DNA of 64,000 bases from Malacoraja senta. Taxonomy: Eukaryota. The position numbers and the translations under genes were made by a program. A model generated the notes under the pieces. That model made no database searches. It saw only the letters and a list, made by a program, of their open reading frames with translations, and was not told the DNA's origin. Where the stretch lies: positions 5,768,001 to 5,832,000 of the forward strand of contig CM075990.1 of assembly GCA_038087875.1 (NCBI GenBank), written 5' to 3'. This document shows, in pieces, positions 1-13,517 of this stretch (position 1 is the first letter of the stretch; each line of letters starts with the position of its first letter).

Positions 1-406
1 GAATTATAAACTGTACTCCAGGAGATGAATGGGTCATCCACACCTGCTTTTTTTTCTTGAATTGCATATATTTGAGATTAATTTCCATGAACTTAAAAGG
101 TTGTTTTCCCCAGTAAGGTTTAAAAAAATATATTAAAATCGGGAATAAGTGGTTTGTCATTGGAATGAGAATGAGAAGTGACCTTGTACATTGTTTAGAA
201 TACAAAGGAAGCAGTGTACATTTGTTTCTGACAATAAGAGATGAAAATATATAAAACTGTTGTTCATTGTTTTTCTACTAGATTGTTGTTTCAACAATTA
301 AGTTAGATTCCAAAGAGATTTGATCCTGAAATTGACTATTAATGGCAACTTTCTCCAACTAAAATGCATGTAGATCCTGGGAATCTTTGTCTTGCATAGC
401 TTGAAG

Positions 407-672
407 GTACAGGAGCCTGAAATCTGCATCATCCAGGTTCAGGAATAGCTACTTCCCCACAGCCATCAGGCGACTAAACTCAACTCATACAAAACTCTGA
501 ACATTAATAGCCCATTGCACTTTATCTGTTTATTTATTTGTGTGTGTGTATATATTTATTCAATGGTATATGGACACACTGATCTGTATTTATGCCTACT
601 ATATTCTGTTGTGCTGAAGCAAAGCAAGAATTTCATTGTCTTATCTGGGACACATGACAATAAACTCTCTTG
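407..672 (+). mobile_element. Rex/Babar-type LINE 3' fragment
   Basis: gtacaggagcctg...ccaggttcaggaatagctacttccccacagccatcagg (RF.NS.FP.AIR C-terminal motif) followed by a ...gacacatgacaataaa tail like other copies in the window. Confidence 0.55.
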
Positions 673-1095
673 AATCGTGAAAAGGAAGCATCACTATCAT
701 CCTGGAAGATAGAAGATAACCTGCGATACCTCTTGGAATTTTTCTCTCCCAAACTGTTCGCTGACATGTGAATGCATAATCTGGTTTAAGCATTTACAAC
801 CTCCTGTTTAAGTGGTACATCGCCCCTTTAAATGGGTCTTGGGTTGGCTTTGGTTTGGCCTGTAGAAGTACTTCGGGAGGGTGAGGGAATTGCTCATTTC
901 TTGCATGGTCATGTGGCATGTTTGTCAATCAAATTTAACTGCGATTTGGAAGATATAATAAGAGGATCTTAAATTGATGTTGGATTCATTTAGCTTAGGC
1001 TTTCCACCTATTTGAAAAAAGATCCGAGTTAAAAATCTCCTTGCAAGTAATTTTCCAGCTCGGAGTAAACCAGAGTAAAAGAGAATGGAGCAGCT

Positions 1096-1517
1096 GGGCT
1101 TGTACACTCTGGAGTTTAGAAGGATGAGAGGGAATCTCATTGAAACATAGAAGATTGTTAAGGGTTTGGCCACGCTAGAGGCAGGAAACATGTTCCCGAT
1201 GTTGGGTGAGTCCAGAACTAGGGGCCACAGTTTAAGAATAAGGAGTAAGCCATATAGAACGGAGACAAGGAAACACTTTTTCTCACAGAGAGTGGTGAGT
1301 CTGTGGAATTCTCTGCCTCAGAGGGCGGTGGAGGCGGGTTCTCTGGATGCTTTCAAGAGAGAGCTAAATAGGGCTCTTAAAAATAGCGGAGTCAGGGGAT
1401 ATGGGGAGAAGGCAGGAACGGGGTACTGATTGGGGATGATCAGCCATGATCACATTGAATGGCGGTGCTGGCTTGAAGAGCCGAATGGCCTATTCCTGCA
1501 CCTATTGTCAATTGTCC
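1096..1517 (+). mobile_element. CR1 (HER1-like) LINE 3' fragment
   Basis: ORF 1166-1429 reads SRTRGHSLRI...RKHFFSQRVVSLWNSLPQRAVEA, the CR1 ORF2 C-terminus. It is followed by the 3' UTR ggccgaatggcct..tcctgcacctatt. Confidence 0.9.
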
Positions 1518-1796
1518 TGCACCTTTTTGATAGTTCTGTTTCTTCATGCATTGTAATTTACACACAATAAATTATTTGTTACAACTGTTTTTTGCATATC
1601 TTTTTCTTTGCTAAAAGAAATTAGCAGAGAATTTTATTTTGATTTTAACTCCAATATTCTTGTGTGCTTATTCCTCTGAACTAAAGTATATACTCAATCC
1701 GTTCGATCTCTCCTTGTGTGTTTAAACCTACTTTTCCAACAACAGATCAAGTTAAACTTGCTGCTGTTTCTTGGTTGCAGGTATTTCCTTATTTTC

Positions 1797-1962
1797 GCCT
1801 TCCATCACAGTGACGAATGTGGAGTAGTCACTGTGGTGGATGTTTATGTTAAAATGTATTTGGTGTCTCCTGTTGCTTTTTATTTGAATGACTGATTTGG
1901 CAAATTAAATTATTCCTTGTATATTGCAAAACATACTTGGCTAATAAAGTATTATTGTGTGA
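1797..1962 (+). mobile_element. Short interspersed repeat with a 5' hairpin and a Rex/Babar-like tail
   Basis: Stem tccatcacagtgac...gtcactgtggtgga. Related copies at 11105-11275 (-) and 24841-25016 (+). Confidence 0.5.
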
Positions 1963-3139
1963 TTGTGTAGTTAGAGATCAGGCAAGTGGCAATCTTTTCA
2001 GAAGCTTATGTAATTGGAGCAAGGCGTTTCCATATAAATCGTTAGCCTCCATTGTGCTACAATGAATCCAGCTGACCCTTGAGCTTGGAAATTGAGTTTG
2101 AGCTTGAGGGCTGAAAGCATCTTTGATGTACATGCTTCCCCAAGCCGCATGAAGTGTTCTGATGTTTCACAAGACTGATTATTGTAAACAATAGGTCTTG
2201 GCCACCCATCAATGATCTGAGAAACCTTGTAATTTTTTTTTCCTCTGTTCTGTTTTTAATTGGGTTTATTGTACCTGATCATTCTGGACCTTGGATCATT
2301 GCCTGAACTCAATTCCACGCCACTCCTCTGGACATAACTTCAGAGGTTGGGAGGGGGACAACAAATTGACTCTGCACTTGTGAGGTAGCCTCTAGTTCTA
2401 TGTCCTGATTTTTCTTCCATGAGAGCTCCTATTGTTGAACCATTTAAGAATGTCAGATAGACAAATAAAGTAATTTCAGCTTTTATTTCAGAAAAGGAAA
2501 CCATGTAGCAGTATAGAGTACTGAAAACAAGAAAGGCTCTTCACAAATATAACCTGCTCTTGTTTTACAATAAAATAGAGGGGAAGAAACCTGCTTGATA
2601 GGTATTTTTTGTTCTTTAAATATTTATCTTGTAATGTTCTTGTAGACATACAGTTGAGGTTGAATTTAATTTGCAAAGGGAAGTATTCATTCTCTACATT
2701 ATTTGGAGGCTGCCTTTCAAACACGGGGACATGAAAGCTAGTACTTTAAAGTCTGGGGAGGAGTCTGAAATCAACAAGCCATCTGGCAACAATGGCAATT
2801 GGTTGAATAACTTGTATGTTTCAGCTTGTATGTTTCGGCTTGTAGGTTTCAACTTGTCAAAACAAACAGTTTTCTTTTTATTTACTGTTCTTACTGGGAG
2901 GTGATTGATGAACTGCTTGCTATTCACAGCAACAGGTATCTACTGCAAAAGTTGAGGGCTGTGTGAATTTTCAAATAATGGAGACTTCTTTAGGAATCTA
3001 ATCTCTTAATTAACTGATGGTCATGATTATTGGGAAAATACCACTGCTGATTCAAAACATCAGCAGTGACAAATTGAATAATGTTATCTTGTTATTCATA
3101 AGAAGTTGCTAACCAATATTTAAATGTTATATTCACTAG

Positions 3140-3287
3140 GCTGGATTGATTCATGCAGATATTGGCGAGTTTTTCATTGAGCCATTGGAGAAAGGCCAGA
3201 GGGTGCAGGAGGAGAATGGTCGTGTTCATGTTGTGTATCGTAGATCATCTATCAAACAAACGGTATCAAAGGACCCTGATACTGAAG
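3140..3287 (+). CDS. ADAMTS14: ADAMTS2/3/14-subfamily prodomain coding exon (most likely ADAMTS14)
   Basis: Acceptor ttcactag|G and donor GAAG|gtattt. 148 nt encode [49 protein letters not shown], carrying the FFIEPLE..G....GRVHVVYRR prodomain motif of procollagen N-proteinases. It ends in phase 1, matching the next exon. Confidence 0.9.
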
Positions 3288-4064
3288 GTATTTAAAGGAG
3301 TAAGGCTTGCAGAAAATGTCATGTCTTAAAGTCATGATTAAAAATAAATGATTTCTTAAATCCTTGGAATCTGAATGCTAACTTAGCACAATATAAATGT
3401 ATGTTTTATAAGACAAATGTTATTAAATATTTGTATTCTGCATTATTTGCTTGTTTTATCCATCTGCACAGTTATTATTGTGATAATCTGCTTTTTAGCA
3501 TTTTGTTTGAAGACCTGTAATTTCTCTTCTAATTTAATACCTTGTCTAGTGTTTTGTTAAATGTCCAGGAAATCACCCATTTAAAAGTGATGTGACGTTT
3601 AGCTAAAATAACTTGCTGATTTAATCTGCGTTAATCTATATTTCAATACAACATTTGTGGAATGCTGAGTTCTTGGAGAGAACATCTGCTTTATTCATAT
3701 TTGAATGAGGAAAGAAATTATAAGATGAGCTTTCTTGACTTTCACAAAGTCTCCTTTGCCTCCGAACCCATTCTCATCTAATTGCACTTTAAATCTGTGC
3801 CTTAGGATATTTGTGTATATTAAAACCAAGTTGTACATAATAAGCTCGGGGAGAATAGTTGAGGCTGTTGTTCAGTGGAATTATAACACTCTGAATAGTG
3901 TGTATTGCTAAACCAGGTGTTTCTATAAACTACACATTCAAAGACATGTAGCACTTCATTACTTAAGCTGAAAGCTATTTTCTTCAGATCAAACTCTGTT
4001 TGAAGCCCATGAAAGTAAGATTGATTACACTAAGGACAATGGAGTTCTTGAGACTGTATGAGGA

Positions 4065-4560
4065 AAAATTGTCTTCAGTATGATTATTTATTGTCATGTA
4101 CACCAGGGTGCGATGAAATTCCTAGTTCCCATGAAGCTCACAGTGCAAACTGTGTACATACAGTTGTTATAAATACAATGACCAATGCAAAACGGCAGAA
4201 TGCTGCAAGGATGTGGCACAAAATCAGAGGAGGGCAGAAGTACAAAACTGAATAACAGAATGAGGTTGAGTTAAGAATGGCAGCACCTCTGTGAATGGGG
4301 TGCGAAATAAGTGATTGGTTCAGAAGCCGTGGGGAAGAAGCTGTTCCGAAGTCTGGATGTCCTTCCTGACTCTTCTCCCAAATGATAGAAGAGAGAAACG
4401 GAAATAGCCAAGGTGCAATGATCCTTGACGATACCTCTAGCATTTCCGATGCAACACACCGTGAAGATAAACTGGATGGAAGGAAGCGATGAGCATGTGA
4501 TGCATTGGGCTGTGTTCAGCACACTATACAGGTTCAGCCCGTCAAATTGAATTGCCATTG
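4065..4560 (-). mobile_element. Degraded Rex/Babar-type LINE 3' fragment
   Basis: Minus frame reads ...ARGIVKD...RTSRLRNSFFPTA. The tail (tttattgtcatgtacacc on +) matches other copies. Confidence 0.55.
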
Positions 4561-4562
4561 GA

Positions 4563-4855
4563 AGCACAGTGGGAGAGTTGCTGCCTTATAACACCTGAGA
4601 CCCTGGTTCCATCCTGACTATGGGTGCGATCTGTCTGGAGTTTGCATGTTCTCCCTGTTATCCATGTGGGATTTTTCCAGGTGCTCCGTCCGGTTTCCTC
4701 CCGCACTCCAAAGACGTACAGGTTTGTAGGTTAATTAATTTCTGTAAATTGTCCCTAGTGTGTAGGATAGTGCCAGTGTACGGGGTGATTACTACTGGGC
4801 GTGGACTTGTTGTGCCGAAAGGCCTGTTTCCACGCTGTATCTCTAAAATCTAAAA
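4563..4855 (+). mobile_element. HE1-like tRNA-derived V-SINE
   Basis: tRNA-like head (gagttgctgcctt...ggttccatcctgac), central gctccg..ggtttcctccc.cactccaaagac domain, and tail ggcctgtttcc.cgctgtatctctaaa. Three other copies are in the window. Confidence 0.85.
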
Positions 4856-5072
4856 ATATATAATTTCAGGGTACAAAATAATGACTGACATTTACTCCAC
4901 ATATTGAGAGCATAGTCGTGGAAAGGGGAGGCAATGAACTATTGCAGATTAACATTTTTCAATGGAAACGTAAAGACAAAGAACTGCAGTTGCTGGTTTA
5001 AAAATAAAGACCTTTGGAGTGACTCGGTGCATCTCTTAACATCCTTCCAGTAACTGCTGTACTGGTCCAGTA

Positions 5073-5305
5073 ACCCAGAGAGTTGTGAATTTGTGGAATT
5101 CTTTGCCTCAGAAGGCAGTGGAGGCCGATACAGATGGATGCATTCAAAAGAGAGTTAGATAGACCTCTTAGGGCTGGAGGAATCAAGGGATATGGGGAGA
5201 AGGCAGGAACTGGGTACTGATTGTGGATGATCAGCCATGATCACATTGAATGGTGGTGCTGGCTTGAAGGGCCGAATGGCCTACTCCTGAACCTAGATTC
5301 TATTT
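5073..5305 (+). mobile_element. CR1 (HER1-like) 3' end
   Basis: Closely similar to 1285-1505 (cagagagttgtgaatttgtggaattc...ggccgaatggcctactcctg). Confidence 0.85.
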
Positions 5306-5965
5306 CTACCTTTATAACATTGCGCCCAGAACTGAACACAATATTCTAAATATGACCTCACCAACGTCTTGCATAACTGCAATATGACCTTCCAACATCA
5401 ACACTTGCAAGAAGACCTAGTATTAAAAGCTATTATGGGGCCAGAAATGGAAGTAGTGTGGTTAATAGTTTATTGGGCATAGGGCCAAGGCAACAGAAAG
5501 TGGGCATGTGGGAAAACTTGTTGGTAATAACTCCAAGGGAAAGTGAAAGATGCTTGAGAAAGATGTACCCAGAAACCTCACTTTCTTTAAAAAAAAATCT
5601 ATAGAGCACAAAGGATAGAATGTCCTTAAGTCACCACAGGTTGTGTGAATATTAAATACATTATTGTACATTTGTACTCCCTGCTATCCTCTTAGATTGT
5701 GAATTTAATAACGTTCCTCTAAGCACAGTTAAGAAGCAGCCAATCATAACATTATCCATTTGCTATTTAAATTGTAGAAAACCATATAAACTGCCAAAAT
5801 AGTCCATCAATCTACTCTGCTGTAGTGAAAAATGTATGCCAAGTTTTAGAACTTACTAGACCAAGTGGGAACTGTTGGGTCCCATCCTCCAAGGCGCATC
5901 ACAGGGGAGGACTGGTCCCCGAACGCATACACCACCTGCATTCCAGGCCTAGTTCCAGACCGAGG

Positions 5966-6095
5966 GACTGAAGAAGGATTTTGATCCAATAGGTCACCTA
6001 TCCATGTTTTCCAGAGATGTAGCCTGAGCCACTGAATTACTCCAGTGCTTATGTCCATTTGTATATTAACCAGCATCTGCAATTCTTTGTTTCTA
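5966..6095 (+). mobile_element. Degenerate Penelope-derived short repeat (hammerhead-bearing family)
   Basis: ctgaagaaggattttgatcc...ccagagatgtagcctg..ccactgaattactccag...ccagcatctgca, homologous to 24659-24755. Confidence 0.6.
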
Positions 6096-6719
6096 CTAAT
6101 ACAGTGATAATCCCTTACTCGGTTAGAGTGGACAATCGACAATAATGGACACCATTTCCACCCACTTCTTCATCCGTTATAATGAGGGTTTACCATAGTT
6201 TACATACTGAAAATATGCCTGAAAACTAAACATATATTTGTTTAGTGCTATCAATGCAGTCAGATATCAAGAATGGAAAGTTGCTGTATGCAATTTTGTT
6301 GATTTTGATTATTAAAAAAGAAAGATTCATAGTCTTATTCCTTGCTGAAACGCTTAGTTAATGAGTATTATGAATTATAGCCTATATAAAATAATATTGC
6401 TGACTTTCAATGAATGCCATGCAAAGGAAAAACAATTTGTTTGATTAACTGTGCCCGTATTGATCGTGTAAGACAAAAGACTGAGTGCAATAAACTAAAA
6501 AAAATCTATTAATGGGTAAAACAATCAGTGTTCAGTATTCAAGAAGCAGCTTAAATCAATGGTGCACAGTTGTTTGCTGCAGGCAGGGTAAGATTAACAT
6601 TTCATATCATGAGGCATTCTCGTATTGTATTTTCAAAAATATCATCTGTTCAAATAATCTGGCCCAAAAATTTATCCCAAAATCAGAGCTGGTGTAGCAT
6701 TGTACATAAAGTATGAAAA

Positions 6720-8160
6720 AAATAACGGTGCGAGTAAAGTTGGCTCAGAAAATCGGGGTGAAGACGCAGTCTGGGTATAGCTACGATGCACCAATGGGTG
6801 AAAATTTTCATGGGAGCCATCTATAGCCCTTCAAATAATAGGGGTCATTTAATGTGGGAAACATATAAAGTTGCCAGAAAAAAAGGTGGTTTAGAATTTG
6901 ACAAAAATTACCAGCAGCTTAATTTGAGAAGAAAAATGCTCTACCTTGCATGGATCATAAAAGCAATCTTTAAAAGCTTCCAGTGTTTGTAAAACAAAAG
7001 AGACAAATATAGGTCCCATACAATCAGTAAATGGAAAATTTATAATTGAAATTAACAGGAATGGGTATTAGTTAAAGAAAAAAAACCTGGAGAAAATAAT
7101 AAGACTGAAAGCTCATATGTCCCTCCAGTGATAATGTGCATTCTGAGCAATTATGAGATGAACAAGTCTTCGAGCTATAGGGATAAGTTGATTAGACTAG
7201 GACTCTATTCCTTGGAGCACAGGAAGATGAAAGGTCACAAAGAATGGTGGGTGTATGGAACTAGCTGCCAGAGGTGGTAGTATGACTCTAAGTCCTGAGG
7301 ATTTCAGTTTTCCTAAAGATTGGACAGATGGATAATGGGGGATGATAAACCACTTGTCCTAACATCACAAGTAGGGAAAATGCTAGAATTTGTAAAAAAG
7401 AATGTTATCAAAATGAAACGTGCTAGAGGACCTCCGAGTCGAGCAGCATCTGTGGAAGCAAAAGGTTGACACTCTGCATTAGGACTTTGTTTTCTGCACC
7501 CTGCCAGCTTAATGATGTATTTTCTATTGGAAACTGCGCAATATTCCAAGTGCAGCCTCACCATCATCTTTTATAATTGCAACATAGTGGCCCGTTCCTG
7601 TACGGAGTCCTGACTGATGTAGGCACTGTGCCACAAAAGCCTCCTTCAGCACCCTGTCTACCTTTGACGCCATTTTCAAGGAAGTATGTACTTGCGCTCC
7701 TAGGCTTGTCTGTTCCATGACACTATCCAGGGGCCTATCGTTCACTGTGATAGTCCTACCCTGGTTTGGGTATCCAAAATACAACACCTCAATGATGTTA
7801 ATCGAACAATTACACTCTCTTGACTCTTGGACGACTTGATTTGCTCCAACATTCAGTTTGATCGCGGCTGATTTTACCCTTTAGCACTTAATGCACCTTA
7901 AAGCTCTTTGTGTCAAGAAATCTATCTCCTTCGTAAATGTATTCAGTGCATTCGTCTCCACGTGGCAGAAACCTTCAATAAACTGCTCAACTAGAGTATT
8001 TGCCTTTGATTTATACAGTCTATATCCAGTATATACACAATTACCTAATTCTGTGTGGATCCTATGCAATCTAACCTTTTCGAGTAGGCTACCAAACAGG
8101 ATGTACTTGAAGTTGGTCATGATTACAGCATCAATGAGGTCCTCTGGTATATCCGCTTGT
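6720..8160. mobile_element. Cluster of old, degraded CR1 fragments in both orientations
   Basis: Minus ORFs contain MVRLHLEYC (CR1 VRPHLEYC) and RT-like LLEKVRLHRIHTELGN. A + strand piece at ~7170-7280 reads ctaggactctattccttggag...gtgggtgtatggaa. Confidence 0.6.
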
Positions 8161-8164
8161 TCTC

Positions 8165-9050
8165 CGAAGTAAGATAAAGGTGCGGGTTCATGAGTGAAGC
8201 TCTTCTCCCCCACTGTTAGAAGTTTTTGCAAGGATACCATCTGCTGTCGAGACCATGTTCATTTTTGAGATGGCACATGGCTATTTTTGGTCACTTGCAA
8301 TAGTTGCAAAGCTGAGCCAGAGGGTTTGCTGTCGGCAAGAGTCAGAATGAGATTTGATTAAAATCAGGGTCGTAGTTCCAAGTGTTTTATCAACGGGCAC
8401 TTAACAAATCTTTCTCTCTTGTCCTATCATCTCGATGATCAGGGGTTTTTGTTGAACCTCTCTGCCTTTAGCACTCTAGAGAGCTGTTTCTTCCCCTTGA
8501 GGCATGGGAATGAGAATCCGTATTCCATATATGATAAATTAGTTACTGCATCTCAAGGACATTCTTATAAAACTAGCCTTTTGTTTTCTGGTAAGAAGAC
8601 TGTTCCTCACAGGTGTTTTCACAGTATTTTCTTGTGACAGTGGACATGTTTCTGCTACTGTTAAAGCCGTGCAGATGGGGGATAACAGTGTGAATTAGGT
8701 GGTCGTTGAACAGTCATCAGTGCGGTCCTTGCCAGGGAATGTGGGCATTCTTTCTGTCTTTAGATCTTAAAATGATGCAATCTAACAGATGCCAGTTATT
8801 GGATCAGGATGTTTCCATGACATCTTGTGTTTGTCTCTTTCTGGCAAAACAGGGGATTTGTTATGACAAGCCTTTTGTTTGCAAGAGGACTCCATTAGAG
8901 TTTGTTTTCCCTGCTGTTCCTTGTCAATCAAATACTGGCAGAGTATTGTGAAGTTTCCAACCCCAAAGGATCAGTTTATCTTCTTGGAATGCAGGCTAAG
9001 ATTGGGGCATATATGCTTATGGCCATATCATATTGGTTGTTTGTCAGAGT
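8165..9050 (-). mobile_element. Degraded RTE-clade LINE (endonuclease region)
   Basis: My minus-strand translation gives GKTNSNGVLL...NWHLLDCIILRSKDRKNAHI...NDHLI. This resembles the RTE APE motifs GK.N.NG.LL / WHLIDY.I.R..DR..V / TDH.L. Many stops and frameshifts. Confidence 0.55.
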
Positions 9051-9349
9051 GAACCATTTTTAAAAAAGGAACCGTATCAGCCATTTGGCTCATAGCATAT
9101 GCAATCCCAATGGAAGTTTATCAACGTTTTTGCTTCCACAGAATATTGAGGAAATTTGGCAGGTCGCTGAAAACTCTATCGGTCTTCAACAGGTGAACAG
9201 CAGAGGGAATACTGGCTGGGAGCATCGCAAACTGGTTTGGTTACTCAACCACCTAAGAACAAAGGAGGCTACATAAAATAAAGGACGTTACCCAGTCTAA
9301 CACAAGTATTAACCTGCCCACTATCAAAAGGAAGTACAGGAAGCGCTGA

Positions 9350-9790
9350 CTCAAAGACAGTTAACATCATCAAAGACCCACACCACCTTGGCCACGCTCT
9401 CATCTCTGCTAGCATCGGGTAGATGGTACAGGAACCGAAAAACATGATCTCCAGGTTCAAGAACAGCTTCTTCCCTATGATCATCCGGATCTTGAACCAC
9501 TCTGCAAAATCCAAAACCGGTTTAGGTTTATTATTGTCGCATGTACTGAGGTACAATGAAAAGCTTTGTTTTGCAATCTGTCCAATCAGAAACGATACAT
9601 AAATGCAATCAAGGCAAACTCAAGTACAATAGAGCAAAGGAGAAGATACAGAGTGCAGACTATAGTTCTCAGCATTGTAGCACATCAGTTCCCGAGACAA
9701 AGTCCAAAGACCGCAGATGGGATAGAGGTGAATCGGGCAGTATCCTAGCTTATGGATGGTAACAGAAGGAAAGAAGCTGTTCTTAAGAAA
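9350..9790. mobile_element. Tail-to-tail pair of Rex/Babar-type 3' fragments
   Basis: + piece: catcatcaaagacccacaccaccttggcc...ccaggttcaagaacagcttcttccc. - piece: tttattattgtcgcatgtactgagg...ggaaagaagctgttctt. Confidence 0.55.
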
Positions 9791-11104
9791 CCACCTACTT
9801 CAGCAACAATCTACTGGGGACTTGGTTTTGGTTGCTCTATATACTTTGCCTATTAGAAACATAGAAAATAGGTGCAGGAGGAGGCCATTCGGCCCTTCGA
9901 GCCAACACCGCTTTAAACTGCAGCAATCAAGAATTTAACTGTTCTGTGCTGATGCATATAACAATTAACCTCCTTTCATTCTTGGTCTTGACTTGATTTG
10001 CTCCAGCATTCAATAGACACTCAGTATCATTGTGGCTGTTTCTTAATCCTGATGCCATATTTCCCCTTTGTTCCCAATATCTGCCTATGTAAGTGTATCT
10101 AGAGAACTTCATAAACTGCTCAGTTTAAAAGTAGATTAAAATCTCCTATTATTAACACTGTACTCCCAAGCAGAACTGTGTTATTCTTCCTGGGTGGACA
10201 GGGGAAAAGATCCAAAGATCTTCTCAAAGCTTCTGTGAAATGTTTGCAGCAGCTTGTGGGAATTCCTGACCCATGGCCACTCATAATGGAAGACAAGAAT
10301 TCAAAATGGTGTTGAGGACCTCAAATCCATTCATTGACAGCACCTAAACCCAAGAATCACACTACCTCCCGAACTAGCCTCTTAACTGCCACATCATGCA
10401 CTTCTTGCTTGACCAGAATATGGTCAAATCTGTGGGTCCAGCATTGGCCTATCGGCCAGCTCAGAATCATGGAAATGAAATAGATCAGGTTATCCTTGAG
10501 CCTTGGTCTAAGAATATAGCCCATATCTAACTGATGCCTTTGCATCTTTTCTGGCTGTTATCGTCTTTTAACTTTAATAAAATAACCAATTTATAGAATT
10601 CAAACAAAATCAAGTCGGTTGTAACCAATATGTTTTTCATTTCTTCCATGTTCTTTACTCACCCCCCCTGCCCTCCAAACCATTCCTTAAATTTAACTTG
10701 ACACTACCTCTCCAGGGATGCTTTTCTAAGACCACTTTATTTCAGCATAACAAGTGAAATCTCCTACTCCCAACCAAGCAAATACTGTAATAGCTGGTAA
10801 GGCTGAATTGAAGTTGACCATGAACACATTATTAATGCGCTGTGAACCTTGCCTACCTGCTAAAGAAAAACGAAAGACGTATTTATCTTTAGTTTTTTTG
10901 CTAACTAAATGCATTTACTTTTGAGTATTTTAAAAAAACACTGCAAACAATCATTGTTTGTTTTAGGACTGGGAATCCATCAGTTTATGGTGTCTGGCGA
11001 AGACATTCTTGGTAATTATTTCACAGGAGGGGAGTTTCACTATAAATCCTACAGAAAACAACAGAGAATCAATCTACTTTCTGCATGTATTCTGTCAGTG
11101 AAAC

Positions 11105-11275
11105 CATCAAAGGTTTCAAAGGTCTTTTATTGTCACATGTACCAATTAAGGTACAGTGATATGTGAATTACTATACAGTTATACAAAAAAACAGCAAGAC
11201 ACACACTACTACATAAAAGTTAACATAAACATCCACCACAGTGGATTCCCCACATTCCTCGCTGTGATGGAAGGC
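11105..11275 (-). mobile_element. Short repeat with hairpin head, same family as 1797-1962
   Basis: Reverse complement reads ccttccatcacagcgaggaatgtggggaatccactgtggtggatgtttatgttaa...ttggtacatgtgacaataaaagacctttgaaacc. Confidence 0.55.
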
Positions 11276-11935
11276 AAAAAAGTCCAATCTTCTCCCTCTT
11301 TATTTCATGGTAATGAAAAACAAAATCTAGCTATTCAAAGAGAATAATCATAAGATGCTCTTAAACTTTGTAGTTTACAGTGAATTTGGCATTGAACATG
11401 GTTAATTTACCACAATACTTTGATCACTTAATATTAGAATTAGTAGCCTCCAAACAAAACATTTGTTAAATGCTGATTCATAAAACAAACCACAATACCA
11501 ATCTGGGAACCTATCAGGATGTTTTAATATCAATAACCCACTTGCATTTACTGGAAATGTATGTCATTTACCAGGACCTTGCATAAAATGATGAGAATTT
11601 AATAATTTACATGTCAATTTATTTTAACATATAACTTCAATAATGTATTCCACCCTTCCTTCATGCGACTTACAGGTTATAACCATGCAGACATGTAAAC
11701 AAATAACATAGAGCAGTATAGTGCAGAAACAGGCCCTTCTGCTAACAATGTCCATGCCGAACATACTTCCAAGTTAAATTGCTGAGTATGATTTGTGGAT
11801 GTTGCAGCATCATCAACCACATCAGATAAATGGACGAAGATATCGCTCAGTCAAGCTCATGGTTGTGTCAGAGGTTCTGGGATAGATTCATGCAATAATG
11901 TAATTATATTACGAGTGTTTAAGGAATTTAGAGAA

Positions 11936-12139
11936 TGTAGATTGGCTATTTCATACTAGCGAATTATAGTGTTTGTTAGTAGTGACTCCACTTACTATGT
12001 ACTTCATATTATCAAGAGCTTGCTTACGCTAGTTAGAATAAATAGCAGCTCGGAGATGTGATGACTGCAGATCCTTGCTGTATGTAGATTTAATAAATAT
12101 GTGTTGTATCGTGATGTGTGTTCGAGTCGACTCATTACA
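11936..12139 (+). repeat. 5' LTR
   Basis: tgtagattggc...ctcattaca; contains AATAAA. Eight mismatches against the 3' LTR by manual count. Confidence 0.95.
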
Positions 12140-12152
12140 TGGTGTCAGAGTG
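12140..12152 (+). promoter_or_regulatory. Primer binding site (tRNA-Leu-like)
   Basis: TGGTGTCAGAGTG directly follows the LTR CA and resembles the TGGTGTCAG(A/G)AGTG tRNA-Leu PBS. Confidence 0.75.
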
Positions 12153-13517
12153 AATCTTGCCCACTCCGCTCATGTTTATCATGGTTTTTCTTCTGATTAT
12201 TTTGTGTGTTTTTTATCTCAATCATGGCAAACTCGTGTTGCCGTCCTTTGATTCTGACATTGCTGAACGCTGGCGTCTTTTCGAGCGTGATTACACTCAT
12301 TATGCTCGCATCGTTCATCGAAATGACCCCCCCCCCCAAGATGTGTGTCCCTGTACTGCTTAATTTGGCGGGACCTGTAGCAATGAATCATGCTGACTAC
12401 TTCACTTTTTCTCCTGCTGTTTTGGAAGATTACGGTCAGGTCAGAGTGCCTGCTGAAACAATCGATGACCCTGCGGTTTTGATCAGAAAGTTCAGAGCTG
12501 TGACCTGCCCTCTAACTACATTATTGAAAGGACCAAGTTCTATGCTCGTTTACAGCAGGTCGACGAACCAATTGAACGATTTATCAACGACTTGAAGCAG
12601 ATGGCTGCACGCTATCGCTTTCGTGATTTACGGGATGAATTCACCCGGGATAAGCATGTGGGAGGAATGCTTGACAGCAAGCTACGAGGTGAGCTCCTTT
12701 GCAACACTGAACAAGCAGAACATGCCTGTCGTATTTCTGAGATAATGTCTCCCCATACTGACTCTGTGTCCTTCAGTCAACGTTCGCAGCATAGTGTTAA
12801 TCTTACAGACCTCTCCCCTTGCAACCCCCGCACGGGGTCTGCAGTTCGTTGTCAAAATTGCAACTATTTCCATGCTACGGGTCATCAATTCTGTGTTGCC
12901 TATGGGAAAACCTGTAATTTCTGCAAGAAATTAAACCACTTTGCTCGGTGCTGCCATTCCCGTGTGACTCCTGTAGCTTCAAGGACGAGCCTGCACCTGT
13001 TTCAACATGAGTTTACTGATAATGCCTGACTCGCAATCCCTTGCACCGCTCTCAGAGAGTACAGATACCAGTTCTGCCATCCACTCTCTCCTCCCTTCGT
13101 CTAACATGACCCTGAGGTAACCATGTTTGTGAATAACAGGCCTTTGATCGCAAAGATTGATACTGGTGCCAAATGCAACATCATCTCATTAAGAGAGTTT
13201 TAAAAAATCCGTAATGCTGAACATATTGATAAGGCCTCCACAACGCTTCGGGCTTATGGAGGAGAAGTACTACACCCACTTGGACAAGTTGATTTAAAGT
13301 GCACCATCGACAGACCCATACCGTACTGTTTTATATTGTTAAGGGAGATTCAGAGACTTTGCTCGGTATCAATGCATGCCTGATTTAGGCCTGATCAATC
13401 TAGGCCTGATTTACTTTGGCGGACCCTAAACTGTCTCGCTGACGGGCCTACACAACAGCTACTCTCTCAATATAAAGAACTGTTTAACGATGAGCTTGGT
13501 AAGTTGCCTATCAAATA

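Noticed and set aside
3288..3306. Alternative donor GA|gtaagg at 3300 for the first exon
   Set aside because: Extending the exon reads GGT ATT TAA, an in-frame stop.
5855..5885. actagaccaagtgggaactgttgggtccca hairpin, possible Helentron-type end
   Set aside because: Single degraded instance with no partner end identified.
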